Source: Eledone cirrhosa (Eukaryota). Taken from it: a stretch of DNA of 64,000 nucleotides. Where the stretch lies: the NCBI GenBank assembly GCA_964016885.1, contig OZ024742.1:326554001-326618000 (forward strand). The letters run 5' to 3'. A program made the position numbers and the translations under genes. How positions within the stretch are numbered: the first letter of the stretch is position 1; every line of letters starts with the position of its first letter. Positions 14,468 to 28,631 of the stretch are shown here, in pieces. Below the pieces are notes generated by a model. It did no database searches. It had not been told where the DNA came from and worked only from the letters and a program-made list of their open reading frames with translations.

Positions 14468-14612
14468 ATGGTTTCTGATATAGGTACAAGGCCAGCAATT
14501 TGAAGGGGAGGGGAAACTCAATTAAATCAACCCCAGTATGTTACTGGTACTTTATTTTATCAACCCTGGAAGGATAAAAGGCAAAATTGGCCTCAGTGAA
14601 ATTTGACCTCAG
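14468..14612 (-). mobile_element. Nin/Deu-like SINE fragment
   Basis: Reverse complement of the 3559 family. Confidence 0.75.
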
Positions 14613-14859
14613 CACAATTTGGAAGAAATACCACCGGGTTTTATAGTTATCTATTATTTATATTCTGGAGTCATTTCAGTCCCAAACATAGAGGAATTCC
14701 AATGCAACAATGGAACATGTTAGAGAAAGAGAGTGATCAGTTCTTTGCTGCTTGGTTAAGTGGCTACTAAAATATTAATGATTCAATAAAAGAGTTATAA
14801 GCACAACTTTGATAGTTTAACAAATTGTAAGGCACTTTTGAGTAACTAGTAAGACAATG

Positions 14860-15020
14860 GTTTGTGTTAGGAAGGGCATCCAGATGTAAAAAATCCCAGC
14901 CAAAATACAGTTCTGTCTGAGCAAGGTACATGGCCAGCTGGTTAGACTTGACTCATGATGTGGACGACCTGTCTAACCCATGCAAGCATGGAAACATAGG
15001 CATTAAATGATGATGATGAT
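14860..15020 (+). mobile_element. Meta-domain-like SINE 3' part with (ATG)n tail
   Basis: ttaggaagggcatccag ... cccatgcaagcatggaa ... taaatgatgatgatgat. Confidence 0.6.
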
Positions 15021-15236
15021 ATATGTTTGTGTGGGTGTTGAACAATGAAAACAAAAGACAAAGTTTAGCATTTAGTCAGTTCATTGTTTTACAGTCATTT
15101 CAGTAGGCTGATTGATCATGACAAATCAATATATTGACTAATCAATATTATTAGTCTCAATACTCCAGATCCATCTCATCATTTTCCTCAGAAATAAATA
15201 TATGTGTGTGAGTGTGTATGTGTGTACATATATATA

Positions 15237-15314
15237 CAGGGTGTCCCCCAAAAATGTATGTGCACTTTAACTGCATTCTAATCAAAGTGTGTATACATTT
15301 TGGGGGACACCCTG
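15237..15314. mobile_element. 78-bp Tc1/mariner-type MITE
   Basis: TIRs cagggtgtcccccaaaaatgtat / atacatttttgggggacaccctg, with TA on both sides. Confidence 0.85.
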
Positions 15315-15809
15315 TATATAACAACAGAAAAAATATATTCACTACATTAATCATCAGATCAGATGTTATTGTTTCATTCTCAGTGGAAACAGGCATAATT
15401 TGTTGAACCAATAAGTATATTGTAATGGGGTTTAATTTATTACACCTGGATGAGGAGAATGCCAGCCAAGTCTTTTGGGATTTTTGCATTAAAACTTTTA
15501 ACATAACAGTATGTGCAGAAAAATTGAAGCCCTGCCTATACAGTTATAATACAAATGGATGACATTGGTTGCTAAATGGAATGGTAAAAACGAATAGAAA
15601 ACAATGGTCTTTGTTCTGGTTAAGAGTATTCATGTTATTTTCTTTTTGTTTTGTTTTGTTTTTGTTTTTTTTTCTTTTTAGAAGGAGTTGAAAAGGAATG
15701 GAGTGCTGGGGTTAGATATCAGTATGTTATGCTTCACTGATGAGATGAAAATGCATAAAAAGTAATGTCAAATGTGAATGCATGCATGCTACAGTAGAGC
15801 AATTCAAAT

Positions 15810-15996
15810 AATTGTTTTTACTTTTGGCACAAGGCCAGCAATTATCCCAGTGCATTACTGGTACTTTATTTTATCGACCCTGTAGGGATGAAAAGCAAAG
15901 TTAACCTCTGCGGGATTTGAACTTAGAATGGAAAGGGCCGTAACTCTATGCTGCAAAGCATGGCGTCCAGCCCTCTACCAATACTGCCAATCCATC
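15810..15996 (-). mobile_element. Nin/Deu-like SINE, near full length
   Basis: Reverse complement of the 19405 copy. Confidence 0.85.
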
Positions 15997-16805
15997 AAAT
16001 AATGCCAACATTCCAGGAGGGAGAGGAAAATTAAATAAAATAATAAGGTGCATGATGGGGAGAGAAAATGGGATGAGAATAAAAAGTAGCAATAGAATAG
16101 AAATGATAAAACCAGAATAAACTAATGCTTTACAAAGTATTGAGTCTCATTCCTTCACATTTCACATTCTAACCCTGCTAGAATCAGCTTTGTTTATTTT
16201 TAGTTAAAGATCGATAAACTTAAAATTACTAAATATGTACTAAAGGTTTAATTGAGTAGAAAATACCTTCCCTTTACAAATGTGTATCTTTGAGACAACC
16301 ATATTGAGAAAATATTAATTGTTCAGAAGTGAAATAAAATGTTTTTTTTCAATTGGCAGAAAAAAGATTTAATATTTCAAGAATAATTAGCAGTTAACAG
16401 AAGTGTTAAAATGTTGGCTGAAATGTATTGTGATATGCATTCTAATTTCACAGCCTACTGAGGTCAACTTCACCATTCATCCTTTCAAGGTTGATAAATA
16501 AATTATCAGTCTAAGCTGGTTGACTGGTAGAGTCATTAGATGGTTGGATAGGGGGCTCTGTGGTATTTGTTCTGGCACTTTGCCTTCTGAGTTAAATACT
16601 GCCATGGCCTATTTAGGTAGAATACTTAATGAGTATTACAGTGTGGTTTAGACTTGTCTTTGGGATGATTATCAGCAAGGTACAACGATAGGAAGTAGAC
16701 AATATAATTATGTGGCTTGGCTTCCAATCTCTATTTTTAAAAAACTTGAGACACCTCAAAATCCAATTTAGATATGCTTATAAATCTGTCATTGAACTTT
16801 AATTA

Positions 16806-17020
16806 AGGTGGTGGATTAGCAGTATCGGTAGAGCATCGGACACCATGCTTTGCAGCATTGAGTTACGACCCTTTATGTTCTGAGTTCAAATCCTGCCGAG
16901 GTTATTTTTGCCTTTCATACTTACAAGATCAATAAAATAAAGCACCAGTAATGCACAGTGTTGACTTTCCCTCCCTCAAAAATTGCTGGTCTTGTGCCTA
17001 TAGTAGAAGTCATTATTATC
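16806..17020 (+). mobile_element. Nin/Deu-like SINE
   Basis: Box A/B, central domain and tail all present. Confidence 0.85.
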
Positions 17021-17597
17021 AGGATGAATGAAGACAGAATCTATGGTAACAGTTCAAATTCCATTAAGGCTAACTTGACCTTTCATTTCCTGGTAGAGAT
17101 ATTTAGATTAAAGAAATACCAGTTTCGTATTAGGGAACTTCATCTGAGCACAAGCATGTCTGACCTAGTGCTTATGTTAGATATCATACCTCTATTGCTA
17201 ACTCACATTGTCGTAGCTTTCTCAATCACGTTTAACTCTAAATGACTGCTTCAAATAAACCATAAGTGTTAACCTGAGTGAAAATAATATAATCCTTATT
17301 ATGGTGAAATATTTCAGAATTCCAGTGGAAAATTTGGAGGTTGCCAGTGGCAAAATTATTTTTAGGTTGAAAAAGTCAAATTCTTTATCAATATTTTCAC
17401 AATTATGCTAGATTTAATTTCTCTCATTCTGATTTTAAGAATGCTGAAGTTTAATATTATGCTAATGTAATGTTACCCAATAAATTGGTTTATATAAAAC
17501 AGTTTGTTTTATCATATGTTGATGAGGATATCAAGATAGGGAATTTGTATAGAAGAGAATAAAAGGAAAAGTATCTTACACTAGCCTAATATTATTT

Positions 17598-17760
17598 AAA
17601 GTGGCAAATTGGCAGTCATTAGAATGTCTGATAGAATGCTTTGTGGTATTCATTATGGCTCTCTTCTCTCTGAGTTCAAATCTTGCTGAGGTTAACTTTG
17701 CTTTTAATCCTTTCGAGGTTCATAAAAAAAGTACCAGTTCAGTACTGAGGTTGATTCTTC
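17598..17760 (+). mobile_element. Degraded Nin/Deu-like SINE
   Basis: tctgagttcaaatcttgctgaggttaactttgcc...gtaccag. Confidence 0.7.
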
Positions 17761-18707
17761 AACTGTCTCTTATTCCCTTTTTTCTCTTTCTCATTCTTAA
17801 TCCTTCTCTGGAAGAACTCTGCTGTGTTCAGACCTGGAGAAGGATGGTCTCCATCATATTTTAAAATGCCCAAGAAATTCTCTATGCCACCACGGCACCC
17901 CAGCACCCCAAGGACACCATCCAGACTTATGGGACCATACTATATCAAACTAATATTATTTATTTTAATTATTATTATCACTGTAAAGGTAATGAAAAGC
18001 TGAATCAATATAGTTCCAAATAAAATACCTGTGCTAATTAGTTATGTTCTTTTCATTTACTGCTGATAACTTGGCAGATTTGTTAGTTGTTACTCAGTTT
18101 AAAACACCACCTGGCCTTTGAGTGCATTTTGCAGAGTCCACTCTGTTGCAAGCATTTGGGCCAGGTTTCCAGTTTGAGAATACATTGCTGTCTACCTTCC
18201 ACTAATCTTGGAGGCTCTGGAAATTGTCATGGATACTGCTCTTCCTTGTGACATTACATTGTCAGAGATAATTAAAATAGTCACAGAGTTGATAAAATAA
18301 GAACCAGTTAATATATTCTTCATTCTTAATATGCAGATGTTTCTGTTTGTTTCACATCATACCAGGCATCACATCATTGATATATATGTTATGTATGTAT
18401 GTGGATGTGTATCTAGTTGTGTGTGTTGTGTGTGTATATATACATATTTGTATGTGCATTCATAAACCATTTAACACTTTCGCTATCTTGTTTCTTTATG
18501 AAATACACGCTATTTTAATTAATTGATTAATTAATAAAGAATTAGGGATTTACTGAAATTGTGAATCATTGTGAAACCTAAGATAGTAACCTATGAGAAA
18601 CACTTAAAGATGTGTGGGGGACTGTTTTATAGAACCAAAACTGGTTTTGGTTGGGTAGGGTTTGTATCAAAAGAGTTAAACACAGTGCACATATAACGCA
18701 TAATATA

Positions 18708-18869
18708 CAGTGAAATTCACAGAGTATAAATAAAACATTTGCTGTAACAAAAAATTCTTTATAACGAGATTAACTAAAACACATCGAGTGTGTTGCCGAG
18801 GATTAATGATAAATTTGTTATTCTAAAAAATTTGTTATAATGGTATTTGTTATAACAGAAGTTTACCTG
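18708..18869. mobile_element. Possible degraded pogo/Tigger-like MITE
   Basis: tacagtgaaattc at left, ttataacagaagtttacctg at right, internal ttataac/gttataa inverted motifs. Confidence 0.35.
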
Positions 18870-19229
18870 AATTTTATGAATGTTTGTGCTTACTTCTGCA
18901 ACTCACTTTACATGATATTATGTTTTCAACTTGGAGAAAAATAACTCAAGATGGCTTTTATATTTTACTTTAGACACCACAATATATTTAACTGTTAATA
19001 TTCTAATGATTATTTTAGAAAAATATATATAATAAGCAGAAAATTGTTAACAGAATTTACTAATGATTTTGTTTTATTTTAACTGCTGTGTTTGTAATTT
19101 TTTCTAATTATAGTTATTAGTTTTGCTTTGATTATATACTATTGTAAATAATCCTGCTTCATAGATAGTAACTGATTCTTCCAGGGCTTTTCTGCGTCTC
19201 TAAATTACAGTACATTTGTATTTGTTTCA

Positions 19230-20055
19230 GATCATTTTCTTCTGAGTTCAAACCCTGTCGGGGACAATTTTGCCTTTCATCTTTTTGGTGGTCAATAGAA
19301 TAAAGTACTAATCAAGTACTGGGGTCAATTTAATCAACTTTCCTCTCCCCTAAAATTTGCTGGCCTCGTGCCAAAATTAGAAATCATTATTATCATCATA
19401 TTTTAGGCGCGGTGGATTGGCAGTATCGGTAGAGGGTCGGACGCCATGCTTTCCAGCATAGTTACGTCCCTTTACGATCTGAGTTCAAATCCCGCCGAGG
19501 TTGACTTTGCCTTTTATCCTTACGGGGTCGATAGAATAAAGTACCAGTAATGCACTGGGTAATTGCTGGCCTTGTGCCTAAAGTAGAAACAATTATTATC
19601 ATCATATTTTGAGGATTGGCAGTATCAGTAGAGTGCCAGACACCATGCTTTGCAGCATAGAGTTATGGTCCTTTACGTTCTGAGTTCAAATGCCGCTGAG
19701 GTTAGCTTTGCCTTTCATCCTTACGAGGTTTTTAAAATAAAGCACCAGTAATGCACTGGGGCCGATTTAATCGATTTTCCCCTCTCCCAACATTGCTGGC
19801 CTTGTGCCTATAATAGAAACCATTATTATTATCATCATCAGGGCGGTGAATTGGCAGTATCGGTAGAGGGTTGGACGCCATGCTTTCTAACATAGTCTGA
19901 GTTCAAATCTCAGTCTGAGTTCAAATCTCAGTCTGAGTTCAAATCCCGCTGAGGTTAACTTTGCCTTTCATCCTTACGGGGTCGATAAAATAAAGTACCA
20001 GTAATGTACTGGGTAATTGCTGGCCTTGTGCCTGAAGTAGAAACAATTATTATCA
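19230..20055 (+). mobile_element. Head-to-tail cluster of four Nin/Deu-like SINEs
   Basis: Copies at ~19230-19395, 19405-19605, 19612-19838 and 19841-20055, all on the plus strand. Confidence 0.9.
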
Positions 20056-20420
20056 TTATCATCATTAATATTATTATCCAGCTAAGGGTACAAGTAACTT
20101 AATCCACCAGAGCTTTTCTGTAACTCTAAATTAGAGTAAATTTCGTTACAAGCCTTTCATTCTATTACTTCTACTCTTATTTTTAATAATAATAATAATA
20201 TTGTCATAGTTGTTATTGGTGTTGTTGATGTTATTGATGTCATTATTAATGTTTATTATTGTCGCTAGGGAAAATACTTCCCTTATGAGCAGGAGTGCAT
20301 TATAATTGTTTTTTTTTCACTTTGTAATTCTTGCCTCTCTCAGCAGACACCAGTTTGTATTAATAGAAACCACACAAGCTAGCAGTCTTCCCCCTTTCAG
20401 CTTTTTCAGTTCAAAGGGAA

Positions 20421-20620
20421 NNNNNNNNNNNNNNNNNNNNNNNNNNNNNNNNNNNNNNNNNNNNNNNNNNNNNNNNNNNNNNNNNNNNNNNNNNNNNNNN
20501 NNNNNNNNNNNNNNNNNNNNNNNNNNNNNNNNNNNNNNNNNNNNNNNNNNNNNNNNNNNNNNNNNNNNNNNNNNNNNNNNNNNNNNNNNNNNNNNNNNNN
20601 NNNNNNNNNNNNNNNNNNNN
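20421..20620. other. Assembly gap (200 N)
   Basis: Direct reading. Confidence 1.
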
Positions 20621-22260
<1,640 letters not shown>

Positions 22261-22389
22261 TACTAAGTATAGGTATGTATTTGGAAAAGTAAATCATTTA
22301 TAACAAGCGACGATGATAACATTTTATCAATCTTCATTTGCTCTATCAGCTCTGCAAATGTATATATGTACAATATACCTCTATATTCA

Positions 22390-22524
22390 TCTGTGTGTTT
22401 TCGTGTATATCTATATATGTGTATATAGACATATGTGTGCGTTTTCGTGTATATGTATATATGTGTATATAGATATATATGTGTGTGTGTGTTTTCGTGT
22501 ATATGTATATATTTGTATATAGAC

Positions 22525-22570
<46 letters not shown>

Positions 22571-22649
22571 GTGTAATGTACCTATGTGTATATAGACATA
22601 CGTGTGTGTGTGTGTGTGTTTTTGTGTATATGTATATATGTGTATATAG

Positions 22650-22685
<36 letters not shown>

Positions 22686-22830
22686 TTTCGTGTATATGTA
22701 TATATGTGTATATAGATATATGTGTGTGTGTGTGTTTTCGTGTATATATATATATTTGTATATAGATATATGTGTGTTATGTGTTTTCGTGTATATGTAT
22801 ATATTTGTATATAGATATATGTGTGTGTTT
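22390..22830. repeat. Compound minisatellite, about 9 units, each with variable (GT)n
   Basis: Unit gttttcgtgtatatgtatatatgtgtatatagatatat(gt)n. Confidence 0.85.
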
Positions 22831-23065
22831 GATCAGCAGGAGACTAAAGACATGAAAACATAGACGTATATGGCTATAGATAAGAACCTTGCATATGTTC
22901 AACTCTCAGGCCTCGTTCCACTCGTTTTTAGTTTATTTTAAGAATTTGTGTCGTGTTGTTTGTCCTGTTGTGATATTTTATATATATTTAGTTTGCCAAG
23001 TCTTGTTTTTGTTTTATTTGTTGGTTAAGTTTATTTCTTTGTTGGTTTTTGTTTTTGTTTTCTTT

Positions 23066-23625
23066 ATGAAGGAGGTTGGTCCTCATCTGGGATGCCTCCT
23101 GCTGCGACACGTTCTCCGCCTCGCCCTTAGTCGCTTCGGCCACAAACCCCGGCATCGCAGCCCGCCTCGTAGAAGAACGTAACATAATCAAATACCGGGG
23201 TTTGTCCGGCCACTTCCTCTTCGCACCGATCGCCGTCGCCACCTCAGGCTTACTTGGACCCCGTACTGCCCAGCTCCTCCGGAGGCGCGTCTGATGAGGA
23301 GCCCTGTGAGGTTGGATGGCTGTTGCAGCGGGTGTCACTGGCCATCGGACGGGGGAATGCTTTTGCCGTCTTGTCAGCAGGGCGCAGCACTTCTGCCATC
23401 TTGCCCTAGGACCAAAAACCAATCAACCCTCCCCTCTCTTCTGGCGACACCAGAGCTCTTGCCATCCCAACTCCTTCCCAGTATTCTTTCTTTCTTTCTT
23501 TCTCTCCTTTTTTTTTTCTATATTTCCCTATTCTTTCTGTCCTTTTGTTTCCCCTTGTTTTTTATTATTTCTATATTGAAAATAAACATTTCATTTAAAA
23601 GAAAAAAATTATTATATATATATAT
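23066..23625 (+). mobile_element. 3' fragment of a CRE-clade non-LTR retrotransposon (restriction-like endonuclease) with 3' UTR
   Basis: LIWDASCCDTFSAS...PGIAARLVEERNIIKYRGL..FLFAPIAVATSGLLGP, then a frameshift, then WLLQRVSLAIGRGNAFAVL with stop at 23407-23409; ends in A/TA run. Confidence 0.8.
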
Positions 23626-23629
23626 TTCT

Positions 23630-24190
23630 AGGGCGCGTAAAATTTCGGAGATCCATGGACGAGTTCTCTCCAGCGGTCTCTGTCCCTCATTATCGCTGCC
23701 ATGTCCCTGCCACTCCAAAAGACCCGTGTCTGTCCTTAGGGCATCAACATACGTTAACATTGTCTTCCTCTTCCAGTGTTTCCATGTAGGGGCTCCCACA
23801 GGAGCACTGAGTGCAACGTCAACTCTGGATGTCAGTGAATATGTCCAGCTAACCTCAGTCTCCTCTGTGTCACTTTGAGCAAACGTTTGGGAGGCTCCCA
23901 TACAGCTCTGAGTTTTTTCATCCTCAGTGTATACTGACTAATGTTCAGAGCCATCCTCAGCATTCTCGTGTAGCACCCATCCACCATCTGAGTGAGTTTC
24001 TTGGTCAGTGTCCAAGTTTCAGACCCGTACAGCAGCACAGACTCCACTAAAGAAAATGAAGTGGCGGATTTTCAGGTCATTACGATGGTCCGACTTCCAC
24101 ACCGATCTCAAGGTGTGGCACGCCGCCCAGGCGTTGTTCTTCCTCTCAACCCCATCATCTTCTGTATTCCCAATCTTTGCTCCCAAATAC
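23630..24190 (-). mobile_element. RTE-like LINE fragment (RT C-terminal region), frameshifted
   Basis: ESVLLYGSETWTLTKK..VDGCYTRMLRMALN..RRLRLAGHI..TYVDALRTDTGL. Confidence 0.85.
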
Positions 24191-24283
<93 letters not shown>

Positions 24284-24284
<1 letters not shown>

Positions 24285-24692
24285 GGTGGCTGCCAACTCG
24301 TTTTCGAGTACGGCCACTACTTTATATCCATGTAGGAGAACCCTACCGATGCGCTAAACAAGTGTGACTTTTTAGTCCAGCCAGCGACTTAAAAACTCTG
24401 GTACAAACACTACACCTGTGACAATTATTGACACATAGTGCTGGGCCCATGGCACCATGTGACGACAAGTGCAGAGAGATCTCCAGATATAAATAATGCC
24501 TGTGCCGTGAAGCTTTTATAGTGAGCAAAGGCACTGCACAAAGCCAGTCCCACTCTCTTAACCAAGATGATATTTACAAAAAGAAGAACAAGTCAACATA
24601 ATTGGATACCATCAGGGTTGCAGGTGTTATATCAGAGTTTTCTTTCTCCTAGAATTCTGCCTTGACAAAGGCTAAGGGGGGTCATCTCTCCC
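24284..24692 (-). mobile_element. Non-autonomous RTE-related element, 3' part ending in (TA)n
   Basis: Near-identical to 62173-62582; minus strand encodes C2H2-like [17 protein letters not shown]. Confidence 0.7.
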
Positions 24693-24703
24693 TAGATAGA
24701 TAT

Positions 24704-24822
<119 letters not shown>

Positions 24823-24836
24823 TATATATATAAATG

Positions 24837-25025
<189 letters not shown>

Positions 25026-25650
25026 TCAGTTATTAGGAGTATTCCAAAGTTTGGTAGAACAAGTTGTGAGGAAAGTTCTCAACATACGTTAAGGTGACTC
25101 GACAGGTTGGTAGGGATTCTGTAGTGGAAACACGAACAAACGAGGGGTGTAATCAAAGAAGAGAAATAGGACGAAGGTAAACAGTTACAAAAGAATTTAA
25201 TCCACGTATTAACAATTGTTTCATCAGAGTTTCAGTCCATTATTGCTACACTATGTTATAATAGGCAATCAAGAAAGATACTGTAGCATCCGAATTTTCA
25301 AAATACAAAGTTGGAATGACCTTAGGAAATGAAATAAGGGGTAGTAGTGTAATATAGAGGAACAGAGAGAGAGAGGGGCAAAAGAGAGGGAGAGAGAGAG
25401 AGAAAAGGGATGGAGGTAGGGAGAGAAACAGAAAGAGATAGTGTGGTGTGAGAGGATTTGTGAGAGGATTTGTATAGGGAGGGGGAGGAGGGTTGTGTGC
25501 TAAGAGTTGTCATGAGTAGAGGGAGAGAGAAGGAAGATAGAATTTTAAGAGGCATTTGGAAGTGGACAGGCGAAAGTCTTACCAGAGAACAGATGAAGGA
25601 AGAAAGTATTAAATTTCATATATAGTCTATTTTTAGGGGTGTAGAATTGT
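25026..25650 (-). mobile_element. Solo PLE 3' UTR/pLTR remnant
   Basis: Lies between TA tracts, is CT-rich on the sense strand like the other PLE UTRs here, and contains an HHR. Confidence 0.65.
25206..25306 (-). ncRNA. Hammerhead, U3-A8 core, extended stem II
   Basis: gtatt-TTGAAAA-ttcgga tgctaca...tgtagca...tctgat-GAAA-caattg-TT-aatac; palindrome ACAATTGT. Confidence 0.8.
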
Positions 25651-25684
<34 letters not shown>

Positions 25685-25723
25685 CATATATATATATATA
25701 CACACACACATATATATATATAA

Positions 25724-25838
<115 letters not shown>

Positions 25839-25840
25839 TG

Positions 25841-25891
25841 ATATTCTACAGGACTAGAACTGTTTCATTCTTTAGAAATCATCAGGAATCT
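25841..25891 (-). ncRNA. Hammerhead family B (as 39020 and 54359)
   Basis: attc-CTGATGA-tttctaaagaat-GAAA-cag ttctagtc ctg-TA-gaat. Confidence 0.8.
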
Positions 25892-26026
25892 CCTCTTTTT
25901 CATCCTTTCCACCCACCCCCCTCATTTTTTTCCCAATATCACACATCAATCTAAAACTACTTTTCATATGTTGATTTAAAACTGCACTATTCACAAGTGT
26001 TTTTAACCTTCATATCATGTCTCCCT

Positions 26027-26095
26027 ATTTTATCTGACGAAAACGCAAATGTCATCGCATGATGATATTTGTTTTTGAAATGCGCATAATAAAAT
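26027..26095 (+). ncRNA. Hammerhead family A
   Basis: attttat-CTGACGA-16-bp stem II-GAAA-tgcgca-TA-ataaaat; palindrome ATGCGCAT. Confidence 0.9.
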
Positions 26096-26125
26096 CCATG
26101 GCACTCTTTTAACCATCTTTTGATC

Positions 26126-27310
<1,185 letters not shown>

Positions 27311-27337
27311 CAAAAGATGGTTAAATGAGTGCCATGT

Positions 27338-27406
27338 ATTTTATTATGCGCATTTCAAAAACAAATATCATCATGCGATGACATTTGCGTTTTCGTCAGA
27401 TAAAAT
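27338..27406 (-). ncRNA. Hammerhead family A, sense to the ORF
   Basis: Reverse complement of 26027-26095. Confidence 0.9.
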
Positions 27407-28631
27407 AGGGAGACATATGAAGGTTAAAAACACTTGTGAATAGTGCAGTTTTAAATCAACATATGAAAAGTAGTTTTAGATTGATGTGTGATATTGGGAA
27501 AAAAAATGAGGGGGTGGGTGGAAAGGATGAAAAAGAGGAGGAGATGAGAGTAAAGAATGGAGGGGGAGGAGTATAATAAGGAAGAATGAGATAGGAGGAG
27601 AGATGGGTGTTAGAGAGAGAGATAGCTTTTATAACTGAGAAAAATATATTGTTTTACAGAGAGAGGTTAAAAAACCGTTGGAAGATAATATATAAATTAA
27701 AAGAATTTGAAAATTAACGAAGAGAAAAATTTAAGAATAATGTTAAATTAAGGTTTGTATATTGAAGAGTTTAATAATATGTGCGATGAAAAGAAATTGT
27801 TAATATGTATTAAGAATAATATTAAGTTAAGGTTTGAATATTGAAGGGTTTAATAATATGTGCGATGGAAAGAAATTGTTGATATGTATTATTAAAAATA
27901 AAAATCGTAATGTAATTAAGGATATATTGTGAAAAGAAGTAGAAGAGTGGATGAATTATGAATTTAGAGGAATTAGTTAGTGTTTAAGTATGTTCTTATG
28001 TAAAGTAATATGTATGTGTAATATATAAATAGTTTGTTTACAAATGAGCGCAGAAAGTAAAGGAGATAGTGTTTAAGGAGAAGACTTTAACATCAAAATA
28101 TGTATGTTTATGAAGTATTTCCTAATGGTAATAATATAATGTAATAAAGGAGATTAGTTAGTTTTTAAGTTTGTTTTTATGTGTTGTGATGTGTAAGTTA
28201 GACGAGCATGAAAGAGAGAAAAATATAATGAATTGAGGATGAATAATCTAACGTAAAAAAAAATGTTTGTTTGCGAAGGATTTTTCAAGGTGATACTATA
28301 AAGTATTTAAAAGGGTAATAGTAAGTCTTATGGCCAGTGATAGGATGGAAGAAGGAAGAGTGGATATATTGTGGTCAGTAATAATGAGAATCGAGAAGTA
28401 TCTAGGAAGAAAAGGTACAGATTAGAGGTTAGAAATTAAAAGAAAAAGGGAAAAAGGAAGAAAGGGAAGTGAAAGATAGGAATGATAAAGAATGGGTAAC
28501 TAATATTATATAATGTATAATAAATAACATTGAAATAAGGTAGAAAGATGGGTATATTTTTAAAGAAAAATATATATATATATATATGTGCCTTTGAGAA
28601 AAAGGATTTTAAATTGGTAAAGTATTAGATA

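Noticed and set aside
23291-23297. CTGATGA hammerhead core
   Set aside because: It lies at the frameshift in CRE coding sequence, with no stem II-GAAA-stem III following.
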